From assembly GCF_009914755.1 (NCBI RefSeq), contig NC_060947.1: a stretch of DNA of 64,000 nucleotides, one strand, 5' to 3'. Positions 45,678-62,000 of the stretch are shown piece after piece; the stretch's first letter is position 1, and each line of letters opens with the position of its first letter. This DNA comes from the human T2T-CHM13v2.0 reference genome, Homo sapiens. The notes beneath the pieces were generated by a model that saw only the letters and a program-made list of their open reading frames with translations, was not told where the DNA came from and ran no database searches. Both the position numbers and the translations under genes were made by a program.

Positions 45678-48415
45678 GTGGTGGTAGTAGTGGCCACAGG
45701 GAGAGGCTCCTCTGCCTATGGAAAGGGGAGGAAAGAGTAGGAAGGACTTTGTATTGTGGTTTGAGTGCCAACTTAGTGACTGTAGAATAGAACATCAGGC
45801 AAATTTCTAAGGTTTTTGAACCCAATCCCCAGCTCCCAGACAGTATCTCTGGATGCTCCTAGGACCTGGGGGAAATCACTGCCCTGATTTGTGGGCAGTG
45901 ATTTTTGGGAAGGACACAAACCTGGCAGGCTTTGAAGCCAGCTTATCATAGAGTCCTAGGGCCTTGAGTGAACATAGGTTGTAACCAAGTACTAGTTACA
46001 ATTGGCCTTGGACGAGACCTAGCAGTCTGCTGGCTTCAGGTCTGACCTAGTATTGTCCAGGTGGTGGTGGTCACAGGGGTGTTTGCATCACCTCACCCCA
46101 CGTTGAAAGCAGCTCAGCACAAAGAAAGAGACTCCATTTCTTTGTGAGAAAGCAAAGGAAAAGAACAAGAATATCTGCTTGATAATCCAGAGAATCCTTC
46201 CAGATCTTATCCAAGACCACATGGTGTTACTTCTATGAGTCTGCAAAAATCACAGGGTTGTTGGGCTTGGGGACCAAGTCAATTTCAATACCTGGAAAGC
46301 CTTCTCAAGAAGAGCAGGAACAAAGAAGCACAGCCTGTGAAGACTAAAATAAATACCTAACTCTTCAATGCCCAGACACTGAGAAACATCAATAAGATTC
46401 AAAGAATCATCCAGGAAAATACTATCTAACAAAAATGAACTAAATAATACACCAGGGACAAATCCTGGAGAAACAGAGGTATGTGAGATTTCAGAAAGAT
46501 AATTCAAAATAGTTGTTTTGAGGAAACTCAAAGAAATTAAAGATAACACAGAGAGGAACTCAGAATTCTATCAGATAAATTTAACAAAGAGATTGAAGTA
46601 ATTAAAAATAATCAAGCAGAAATTCTACACTTGAAAAATCCAATTGATATACTGAAGAGTGCATCAGAGTCTCTTAATAAAACTGATCAAGCAGAAGAAA
46701 GAATTTGTGAGCTTGAAGACAAGCTATTTGAAAATACAAAATCAGAGGAGACAAAAGAAAAAAAATAACCTAGTGATACATCTTAAAGAACTAGAAAAGC
46801 AAGAGTAAAGAGAACCCAAATTTAGTAGAAGAAAATAAATAATAGGTATCAGAGCAAAAATAAGTAAAATTGTAATGAAGGAAACAATAAAAAGATCAAT
46901 GAAACAGGGTCACTTGTTTGAAAAGATAAGCAAAGTTAAAAATCATTTAGTCAATCTAGTAAAAAGAAAAGGTAGAATATCCAAATATATTAAATCAGAC
47001 ATAAAAAAGAAGACATTACAACTGATGCTACTGAAATTATAAGGATCACTAGTGGCCACTATGAGCATCTATATGCCAATAAATTGGAAAATCTAGAGTA
47101 AATTGATGAATTCCTAGATGAATACAACTTACCAAGATGGAACCACGAAGAAATCCAAAACCTGAACAGACCAATAACAAGTAACAAGATTGAAGCTGTA
47201 ATTAGTCTCCCAGTAAATAAAAGCCTGGAACCCAATGACTTCACTGCTGAATTCTACCAAACGTTTAAAAAAGAACTAATACTAACCTTACCCAAACTAT
47301 TCCAAACAGCAGGAGAGGAGGAAATATTTTCAAACTATATTCTATGAAACCAGTATTACCCTGATGCCAAAACCAGACAAAGTCACTTCAAAAGGAAAGA
47401 AAACTACAGGCCAATATCTCTGATGAATATTGATGCAAAAAATTCTCATCTAAATACTAGCAAACCAAATTCAATAATACATAAGAAAGATCATACATCA
47501 TGACCAAGTGGGATTTTTCCCAGGGTTGCATGGATGGTTCAACATATGTAAATCAATCAATGTGACACATCATATGAACATTCTGAAGGAAAAAAAAAAA
47601 CACATTACCCTTTCAATTGATGCTGAAAGAGCATTTGATAAAAGCCAATATCCCTTAAGGATAAAAACACTCAAAAACTGGGTATAGAAGGAACATGCCT
47701 CAACATAATAAAAGACATATATAAAAAATCCACAGCTAGTATCATGCTTAATGGGGAAAACCTGAAAGTCTTTCTTCTAAGATCTGCAAGAAGACAAGGG
47801 TATTCATTTTCACCACTGTTATTTACATAATATTGGAAATCCTAGATAGAGCAATCAGATAAGAGAAAAATATAAAATGCCTCTAAATTGGAAAGGAAGA
47901 AGTCAAATTATTCTTGTTTGTAAATGACATGATCTTATTATGTTTGGAAAAACGTAAAGACTACAACAAAATCTATTAGAATTGATAAACAAATTTTGTA
48001 AACTTGCAGGTACAAAATCAACATACAAAAATTAGTATCATTTCTATATGCCAACAGTGAATAATCTGAAAAAGAAATAAAAGAAGTAATTGTATTGACA
48101 ATAGCCAAAAATAAAATAAAATACCTAGGAATTAATGAAAGAAGGGAAAGATCTCTATAATGAAAACTATGTAACACTGATGCAAGAAATTGAAGAGGGC
48201 ACCAAAAATGTAAATATATTTTGTGTTCATGGATTGGAAGAATAAATACTGTTAAAATGTCCATACAACCCAAAGCAATCTACAGATTCAATACAATTCC
48301 TATCAATCAAAATACCAATGACATTCTTCATAGAAATAAAAATTTAAAAATCTTGAAATTTATATAGAATCACAAACAACCAGAATGGCCAAAGTTTTCC
48401 TGAGCAATAAGAAAA
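45678..48415 (+). mobile_element. L1MA1-3-like: 5' UTR end and ORF1 start, internal deletion near 46765, then ORF2
   Basis: ORF1-like atgcccagacactgag at about 46368; ORF2 motifs aaactacaggccaatatctctgatgaatattgatgcaaaa. Confidence 0.85.
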
Positions 48416-48697
48416 AAATTACCATTTTCCACAGAATTAGAAAAAAAAATATCCTAAAATTCATATGGAAACAAAAAAGAGCCTGAATAGCCAAAGCAAT
48501 CTTAAGCAAAAAGAACAAAGCTGAAGGCATCACATTAGCTGACTTCAATCAATACTACAAGCCTATTGCTACCAAAACAACATGGTACTGGTAAAAATAT
48601 AGACACACAGATCAATGGAACAGAATAGAGAATCCAGAAATAAAGCCACACACCTACAACCAACTGATCTTTGACAAAGCTGATGAAAATAAGCAAT

Positions 48698-49007
48698 GGG
48701 CCCGGTGTGGTGGCTCACCCTGCAATCCAGCACTTTGGGAGGCTGAGGTGGGTGGATCATCTGAGGTCAGGAGTTTGAGACCAGCCTGGCCAACATGGAA
48801 AAACACTGTCTCTACTAAAAATACAAAAATTAGCTGGACATGGTGGCAGCCACCTATAATTCCAGCTACTCAGGAGGCTGAGGAAGGAGAATCACTTGAA
48901 CCTGGGAGGCAGAGGTTGCAGTGAGCCTAGATAGCACCACTGCATTCTAGCCTGGGCCACAAGAGTGAAACTTGGTCTCAAAACAAAACAAAACAAACAA
49001 ACAAAAA
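48698..49007 (+). mobile_element. AluSx-like with a (CAAAA)n tail
   Basis: TSD atgaaaa(t/c)aagcaa at 48683-48696 and 49008-49021. Confidence 0.95.
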
Positions 49008-49438
49008 ATGAAAACAAGCAAGAGTCACCTTATTCAATAAATGGTGCTGAGCAAGCTGGCTAGCCATATGTAGAAGAATGAAGCTAACACCTATCTCTCA
49101 TCATATACAAAAATTAACACAGAATGCAAGGCACACTCTTGTGGGAATACAAATTACTTCAACCCCTATGGAAAACAGTATGGAAATTTGTCACAGAACT
49201 AAAAATAGAACTACCATTTGACCTGGCACTCCCACTACTGGATATTTACCAAAAGGAATATAAATCATTTAATCAAAAAGACAATTGCACTTGCATGTTT
49301 ATTGCAGCACTATTCACAGTAGCAAAGCCATGGAATCAACCTAGGTGTCTATCAAGTATGATTAGATAAAGAAAATGTGATATGTATACACAATGGAATA
49401 CTATGGAGTCTTAAAAGGAATGAAAGTATGTCATTTGC

Positions 49439-52567
<3,129 letters not shown>

Positions 52568-54514
52568 GAAAGTATGTCATTTGCCTCAACATGGATGGAG
52601 CTGGATGCCATTATGCTACATGAAATAAGTCAGAAAGAGAAAATCAAACACTACATTTTCTTACTTACAATTGGAAGCTGAACAATGAATACACATGAAC
52701 ACAAAGATGAAAATAAGAAACACTGGAGACTCCAAAAAAGGGTAGGTAGGAAGTGGTTGAGGGTCAAAAAACTATCTGTTGGGTACTATGTTCACTACTT
52801 CGGTGACAGATCCACTAAAAACCCAAACCTTACCATTATGCAATATACTCATGTAACAAACCTACACATGTGCTCCCAAACCTAAAATTTAAAGAAAGTA
52901 CCCTTAGATTTGAAGTTAGCCTCAAGTTTTTGTCCTCATCTCATTTTACACGAGGTACAGAATAAGGATGAGCAAAATTCCTCAGGATCCTTGAGGCAGC
53001 CTGGCTACCCCAGGATCCTCACTACTTCCTGGAATACCTTTTGGTCTTCCAGGTCACAGTTAAAATTAATGTATGTTTCTAAGTCACTCTCTGTCCTATG
53101 AGAATAAAGAATCACTGTACTGCAATGCAATACACCTTATGTATTAAAGTATGAGCTAAGGGACCTGTGTCTTGTCCCGGTGCTGTCACTAACTGGATGT
53201 ATAATTTGGACAAGCTCTTTCATCTTTGTGGGTTCTCCATCTTTAAAATAAATGGCCTGGACAAAATAATCCTTCCAGGTAATTTTCAACTTGACATTGA
53301 AAGATTCTGGTAAGATGGATCAGTTATTGAATCTGCCTTGGCTTGGCATCATTTTGTATCAGTTACCCATGGTGAAAAAATTCCTGAATCTGTAGGAATG
53401 ACTTGCTATGTTTTTATGGATTAAGCGTTTTTTTCATTCTATTTGAAGGTATGTTGGCTCTTTTGGGTAAAAATTCAGAGTATGAAGTTAATGAGGCCAA
53501 GTTGCAATTGTCATTTACCGTATGGGCAAATTAGTTTTGTTTGTTTCCTGGTCACAGTCTCTACCCTATTAATCTTCCCCTCTTTCCTCCAGCCATTTCA
53601 GCGATACAAGTTTCAAGGCAAGACTCAGCATGAATGTCCACGGATTAGTACTGATCATTCTCAAGACTGAGAAAAGCACTCCAGTAACATTTGAGCAGCA
53701 GCATTTTTTGGCAGATGAGGGTAGCATAATCATAATTAATGGAGGCCACCATGAGTTCTGGAGGTGACTCTCTGTATTATATCAGCCTTTAAGTGCATGA
53801 CAAGAACAGTCAGTTAAACATCAGCCAGAGAAATGATTGAAATGCCTCTGCCTTGTCCATTGGAGGTAGTACCTCTTACAACTATGGGCCAAATTAAGGC
53901 CAAGAAAAGTAAAGATGACAGAATTATTTGTGGTGAAAGCCATCTGGGTTTTGTTTCTAGTTTCGAGCACAAAACATAATATTCCCAGGCATTTGGAATG
54001 GATATGCCAGATGCTTGGGATTCTTTTTTTTTTTTAAGGTTTTCATGTAAAATAGTTGAATTGGGGTGAGGAATGGAATCTTCATTATTCTTTGCTGTGA
54101 TGTGTTTGTTTGCCTAAGAGGGAAAATCTAGCACACGTTGGATACTGCCTCATCTTCAGTGACATTACAGTACAAACAAATGATTCTCAAGTGTGACCAG
54201 TTAGCTGGCTAAAGTCATCAGAGCCTCATTATGGCTGTGGCTTATTTCTTAGCCTTGGAAAAGATGCCTTGTCTGGGGTACTCTATACAGCTAAAGCTTA
54301 GATATGAGTAGTGGTGTTTCAAGCAGTTGAGCTTTCAAACAAAGACTCATCCAAAGCATGAACATTGGAAAGAAAGAGTGGGAGAAGCAAATGAGGATTA
54401 ATAAAGGCATCAGAACAACAGCAGACACCGCAAGGGAGTAGAAAAGCTAAGTCTAGGAATATCATAGAGAATATACCTGTTCAACATGGAAAATGTGGAT
54501 AGATAGCCTATAAG

Positions 54515-55300
54515 TTTAGGAAGTGAAGAGATTAGAAATCAAGCATATGTAGGTTTGAATTCTGGCCCTCTCACTTATTGACTACATAAACTTGGGGAAG
54601 ACACTTAACTATACTGAAGCTGTTTCCTCATCTTTGAAATGGGGATAGTAATAGTAATAATCTCACAAATGTTAGTCCCTTCTTGTTTCAACTCTAGATG
54701 TTTAGGATTTTAAGCAGATTTTTTCCAAATTTCTCCCCTCCTTCTCTAGGCCTATAATGGAGATCACACTACACACATACCAGACATAAACATTTAAGAT
54801 AGGGAGTACATGAACTGACTCTTATTCCAAATGAGCTGTACAAGACATCTGCTCCTTTTTCCTAAGAGCAGGATTCAATGGGAGGCAGAAAGTGAGAGAA
54901 GGGGACATACCTATGGAGCAGTAATTAAACACAAGCACTGTAACAGATTATTTATGTATATTACTTCATCAAGACACCAATCTTTACTAAGTAAACAATA
55001 TAATGCCTGTGCTAAAGAGTAGAAAGTGGAGGTTCAGATGATTAATTTGCCTACATCCAATGAGCTAGAGATCTAGAGAATGTCAGCAATGAGATTAAAA
55101 CCTAGGCCTGGGTGACTTCAAATCCTGAGCTCTTTTCATATAAGTCAGTGGATCCTGAAAACAAACTTGTGAGGTAGGAAGATGAAGGTTATTATTTTCA
55201 TTTTTCTGCTTCTATTTTTGGGGGAGGAAAATGGAACCCAGAGAAGTTTAGTGACTGGATTATTGTATGTCAAAATCAAAACTAGAATCTTGGGTGCTTC
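54515..55300. mobile_element. MIR fragments
   Basis: ggtttgaattctggccct...tgtttcctcatctttgaaatggggatagtaatag; gaggttcagatgattaatttgcc; gaggaaaatggaacccagagaagtt. Confidence 0.65.
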
Positions 55301-55467
55301 CTTCTATTGTTCACCTTCTTTACATTAATTTTCTCCCCTTCCCATTATATGGGCAATGTTTGCAAAGCATCAAGCATGGAACGCATGGCTCTGCTCTTCA
55401 TGATGGGTGCTCAAGCAGATGTCAGGAAAAACATTTTGTGGAGGGTGATAAAATTATATCAAGCTGA

Positions 55468-55952
<485 letters not shown>

Positions 55953-56149
55953 AACTTCAGGGTTTTTTAGACTTGAGAAAGGAAGATAAGTTAAGAGAAC
56001 CACAAAGATGTGTTGTCTAAAGCAACTTACTGACTTATGAAGCTATCTTGGAGTCATTTTGCCCTAAGTGATCTTCCTTTCCCCTAATCACCTAAAATTT
56101 TTAGCATCCTCACTTAGATTAGCATTGGTGAAACATATTGTGTAGAAGA

Positions 56150-57924
56150 AGTTTCAGGTCTTAGATTTAAGTCCTTGATCCATCTTGAGTTGATTTTTAT
56201 ATAAGGTGAGAGATGAGGATCCAGTTTCATTCTCCTACATGTGGCTAGTCAATTATCCTAGCATCATTTGTTGAAAAGGGTGTCTTTCCCCCACTTTATG
56301 TTTTTGTTTGCTTTCTCAAAGATCAGTTGGCTGTAAGTATTTAGGTTTATTTCTGGGTTCTCTATTCTGTTCCATTGGTCTATGTGCCTATTTTTATGCC
56401 AGTGCCATGCTGTTTTGGAGACTATGGCCATGTAATATAGTTTGAAATCAGGTAATGTGATGCCTCCAGGTTTGTTCTTTTTGCTTAGTCTTGCTTTGGC
56501 TATGCAAATGGCTAACAAATTATGAAAAAATACTCAACATCTCTAATGATAAGGGAAATGCAAATCAAAACCACAATGCAATACCACCTTACTCCTGCAA
56601 GAATGACCATAATCAAAAAATTTAATAAAATAGATGTTGGCATGGATGCGGTGAACAGAGAACACTTCTGTACTCCTGGCAGGAGTGTAAACTAGTACAA
56701 GCACTATGGAAAACAGTGTGGATATTCTTTATAAAACTAACAAACTAAATGTAGAACTACCATTTGATCTAGCAATCCCACTACTGGGTATCTACCCAGA
56801 GAAAAATAAGTCATTATACAAAAACGATAATTGCACATGCATGTTTATAGCAGCACAATTTGCAATTGCAAAGACGTGGAACCAAACCAAATGCCCATCA
56901 ATCAATGAGTGGATAAACAAACTGTGATATATGTTATTTTATATATATATATATATATATGCCATTGATTCATTCCTTTTTATGGCTGAGTATTATTCCA
57001 TTATATAAATATCTATATATATCTATATATACACATATACATATATATAGCAGCACAATTTGAATATATACACATATATACATATATATACATATATACA
57101 TATATACATATACACATATATACATATATACATATAAATATAAATATTATAGCAGCACAATTTGAAATCGTTTCAGCTTTAGAATCTTTGGGGATAATAT
57201 TTTCATTGTTGTTATGAGTTGAGCTTTCCCCTCCCACTCTGTGCTACAGTCATACAAAATTGCTTATAGTTGTCCACTCACATCAGGCTGTTTTACACCT
57301 CTGTGCAAGGAAGTAAGAATTCATATTACAAACTGAGGAACAATTAAAACTCATTTTCTATGGAGGAAATTATTTCTTTCCTTTCAGAAGGGTTCTGAGC
57401 CATTACTTTAGTTCAAATACATACTCACACTGAGCAAGTGTATTGCGCTCAGTTAGGCTGCAGGCTAATGATGTCAGGGAATACAACGATTATTTTGATA
57501 ATGGCTCTACCCAGGAGGCACTCAAAGTCCTGTAAGGAAGCCAAAAAATGTTAAGATGTGATAAATAATTTTTAAATGAGACCTGAAACTATAAAAATTC
57601 TAGAAGATAACATTCATTAGAAAAGCCCTTCTAGACATTGAGTTAAGCAAGAATTTCATGACCAAGAACCCAAAAGCAAATGCAATAAAAGCAAAGATAA
57701 ATAGCAGGGACATAATTAAACTAGAAAGTTTTGCATGGGAAAAGGAACAGTCAGCAGAGTCAACAGACAACCCACAGAGTGGGAGAAAATCTTCACAATC
57801 TATACATCTGACCATGGACTAATATCCAGAATCTACAATGAAGTCAAACAAATCAGCAAGAAAAAAACCAAACAATCTTATCAAAATTGGGCTAAGGAAA
57901 TGAATAGACAATTCTCTAAAGAAG
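56150..57924. mobile_element. L1PB-like fragments in shuffled order and orientation around a (TA)n/(TACA)n tract
   Basis: 56150-56505 antisense; 56505-56930 sense; 56961-57007 antisense; 57579-57924 sense. Confidence 0.88.
56927..57150. repeat. (TA)n / (TATACA)n low-complexity tract with embedded L1 pieces
   Basis: Seen directly in the sequence. Confidence 0.9.
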
Positions 57925-58296
57925 TTGCCTTGTAAAGAGTAGAATAGGCCTCATTTGGGCCCAACCAGGTTATACTACACTGGTAGTATTTATGAAAAGA
58001 GCAAGTTCGCATGGATTTGAAATACAAAAGATCCACAGAATTGACAGAACTTGGTCACTAACTTTATCGGAGAGGTGAAGGAATAGAAGAGGTTGAGCAT
58101 ACTTCAGGTTTTTGGTTTGGGTTAGTGTTGGCCATTTATTAAGATCTGCAATATAGGAGAAAAGCCAGGCTTCTTAAAGGATAGCAAAGATCACCTGTGC
58201 TGTTTTGGATTTGTTGAGTTTCAAAATTCTTATGGGACTGTTAGATATAAAAATACAGCCCTGGAATACAAGGGGGAGAGCTATACATGTACGGAA

Positions 58297-59030
58297 GGCT
58301 TGGGTCATAATGCCAAAAAATACAATCCCAAATATCATAATACCAAATGTTGAAATACTGACAGATTAAAATCCCTAAAACTAAATCTCTAATGTCTAAA
58401 ATACTTCATGCCTAAAATCCCAAAAATCACAATCAGAGGAATCATAGAATTTCAGGAAAAGCAACACCACATAGAAAGTAAACGTGAAGGTATTCTCTGA
58501 GAATCATGTTCTAAAAGAACAAAAGCAGCTATTTATTGTGATGCAAGACTTCAAAATAGTTAATGGTGAAAGTCAGCCATCTCTTATGGACTATCTCCAT
58601 GTAATTGTCCATAATCTATCCCTGTAACACATTTTTCACCTATTGAATTTTCTTTTTAGTTTTTTTCACTATTTTAAATTGACAGCATTTAAAAAAATAA
58701 TTTGCTATGCTACATATTTTATCTTTGCATCTTTTGCAATACTGGATGTATACATTTTATAAAGACTTTTATCAACTTCAAATTCATGTTATGCATATGT
58801 TTGCAAATTTGACTCCATCAAAGTGTATTATCACAATGTTGACTTCGTTTGTAAGTTTTGTGCATATATGTAAAAAACATTGAAACTTCCTCAATAAATG
58901 AAGAGCTGTCCTTTTATTTCCATCTGCATTTGTGAAAGAAAACAGTTTTCAAGATCTTGTCTCTTTGGGTAACTGCATGTGTGGTGGTGACCTATGTCAG
59001 TTTTTCATTGATCTTATCAAAAGACTTAGG
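58297..59030 (+). mobile_element. Ricksha-like (MULE/MuDR) DNA transposon, interrupted by L1
   Basis: Starts ggcttgggtcataatgcc...acaatcccaaa...gattaaaatccctaaa with repeated aatccc subterminal motifs; contains tcaaaagacttagg. Confidence 0.8.
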
Positions 59031-62000
59031 TGAGGGGAAGGTTCAAGATGATCTAATAGAAAAAGCTCCAATCTGCAGCTCCTACCAAGAAGAATTAAAA
59101 TGGCAAATGAATTCTGCATCTTCAACTGAGGTACACGGGTTCTCTCATTGGATGTGACTAGGTAGTTGTCACAACCCTAGGAGAGTAAGAAAAAGCACGG
59201 GGAGCCAGGGCTCACCTGGGATCTGCAAGGGGCAAAGGGAGCTCTCTCTCCCCAGCCAAGGGAGGTGGTGAGTGATTGTGCTACCCACCTGGTAAACCAC
59301 ACTTTTCCCATGGATCTTTGCAACCCGCAGATCAGGAGGTACCCTCATGAACCCACACCACCAAGGCCTTGGGTCCCAAGCAAAGAGCTGTGCACTCGTG
59401 GCGGCCACTTGAGTGGGCAACCACTTGAGCAGGCACTGAGACACAGAAGTTTTTGCATACTCTAGTTATGGAAACCCTGGCGAGGCAGGAAATCCATCCA
59501 TTCCCATAAAAATGAGGCTGGGCCGGGCGTGGTGGCTCACGCCTGTAATCTCAGCACTTTGGAAGGCCGAGGTGGGCGGATCATGAGTTCAGGAGATCGA
59601 GACCATCCTGGCCAACATGGTGAAACCCCATCTCTACTAAAAATACAAAAAGCTGGCCGGGCGTGGTGGCAGGCGCCTGTAGTCCCAGCTACTCGGGGGG
59701 CTGAGGCAGGAGAATGGCATGAACCCGGGAGGCGGAGCTTGCAGTGAGCCTAGATTGCGCCACTGCACTCCAGCCTAGGCGACAGAGCGAGACTCCGTCT
59801 CAAAAAAAAAAAAAAAAAAAAAAAAATGAGGCTGAAGCCACGGAGCCAAGCAGCATCATTCAGCGGGCCCCACTTCCACAGAACCCCACAAGCTAAAACC
59901 CCTGGCTTTTAATCCCCACTGGCCAGTGCAGCAGGCTGGAAACTGCCTAAGACAATCGAGTTCCCAAGGGAGTGGTGGCCACAACCACTGTGGCTGCAGC
60001 TGGCAGTTTCCCACTGCAGGTGCCCACGAGACTGGGTGGTTTGAACTGGAAGCAATTTTCCACAGTGTGGCTGTGACAGATCGTGGCCAGACTGCTTCTT
60101 TAGGTGGGACCCCAACCCATCCTTCTTCACTGGGGGGGCCTCGCTGTGGGATTTTCAGCATCCCCAGGGGTTTACAGGCAGAACTCTGATCTTCTTGGGA
60201 GGAGGCCATAGGGAGAGGGGAGGCCACAGTATTATGGATCAGCAGTCTTAGTCTTTTCTGCCTCTCATTTCTGGTGGGTCTGGGTGCCTGGAGGAAGGGA
60301 TTTCCCCAGTGCAGCAAACCCACTCTGCTAAGGGGCAGTAAGACTGCTTATTTAAGTCCCTGATCCCCTTCCTCCTGACTGGATGATACCTCCCAACAGG
60401 GGTCTCCAGACACCTCATACAGGAGCGTTCCGGTTGGCATCAGGTTGGTGCCCTTCTTGGGTGGAGTTCCTAGAAGAAGGAGCAGGCAGACACATTTTCT
60501 GTTCTGCAGCCTCCACTGGTGACACCTCTGGGTGTTGGAGGAAACCAGGTAAATAGAGTCCAGAGTGGGCCCCCAGAAAACCATAGCAGCCCTACAGAAG
60601 AAGGGCCTGACTGTTAAAAGAAAAACAAACAGAAAGCAACAACAACAACATCAATAAAAAAGACCACACAAAACCCCATCCATAGGTCAACATCCTCAAA
60701 GATCAAAGGTAGATAAACCCATGAAGATGAGAATTAGTGCAAAAATGCTGAAAACTAAAAAAGCCAGAGCCCTTCCTCTCCTCCAAATGATCACAACAAA
60801 TTTCTAGCAATGGCACAGAACTTGGCTGAGGCTCAGGTGGATGAATTGACAGAATGAGGTAGGTTTCAGAAGGTGGGTAACAATGAATTTGGCTGAGCTA
60901 AAGGAGTATGTTCTAACCCAATGCAAAGAAGATAAGAACTATAATAAAACATTACAGGAGCTGTTAACTAGAATAACCAGTTTAGAGAGAACCATAAATG
61001 ACGTGATGGAGCTGAAAAAGACAACATGAGAACTTCACAATGCAAACCCAAGTATCAATAGCTGAATAGAAAAAGTGAAGAAAAGAATATTAGAGCTCGA
61101 AGACTATCTTGCTGAAATAAGGCAGGCAGACAAGATTAGAGAAAAAAATAAAAGGAATAAAAAAAAACTTTGAAAAATATGGGATGTTGTAAAAAAGACC
61201 GAACCTATGACTGATTGGGGTACCTGAAAGAGGTGGAGAGAATAGAATCAAGATGGAAAACAAACTTCAGAATATCATCCAGGAGAACTTCCCAACCTAG
61301 CAAGACAGGCCAACATTCAAATTCAGGAAATCTAGAGGACCCCAGTAAGATACTGCATGAGAAATAACCATCAAATTCTCCAAGATAAATAACCATCAAA
61401 TTCTTCAAGGTCAAAATGAAGGAAAAAAATGTTAAGGGCAATCAGAGAGAAATGCCAGGTCACCTACAAAGGGAAGCCCATCAGACTAACAGCAGACCTC
61501 TCAGCAGAAATCCTACAAGCCAGAAGGGATTGGGGGCCAATATTCAACATTCTTAAAGAAAATAATTTTGAACCCAGAATTTCATATCTGGCCAAACTAA
61601 GCTTCATGAACAAAGGATAAATAGATCCTTTTCAGACAAGCAAATGCTGAGGAAATTCATCAACACCAGGCCTGTCTTGCAGGAGCTCCTGAAGGAAGCA
61701 CTAAATATGGAAAGGAAAAGCAACTACCAGCCACTACAAAAACACACTGAAGTACACAGACCAATGACACTATGATGCAACTACATAACCAAGTCTGCAA
61801 AATAACCAACTAGCATCATAATGACAGGATCAAATTCACACATAACAATATTAACCTTAAATGTAAATGAGCTAAATGCCCCAATCAAAAGAAACAGAAT
61901 GGCAATATGGATACAGTGTCAAGACCCATTAATATGCTGTATTAAAGAGACCCATCTCATGTGCAAAGAAACACATGGACACAAAATAAAGGGATAGAGG

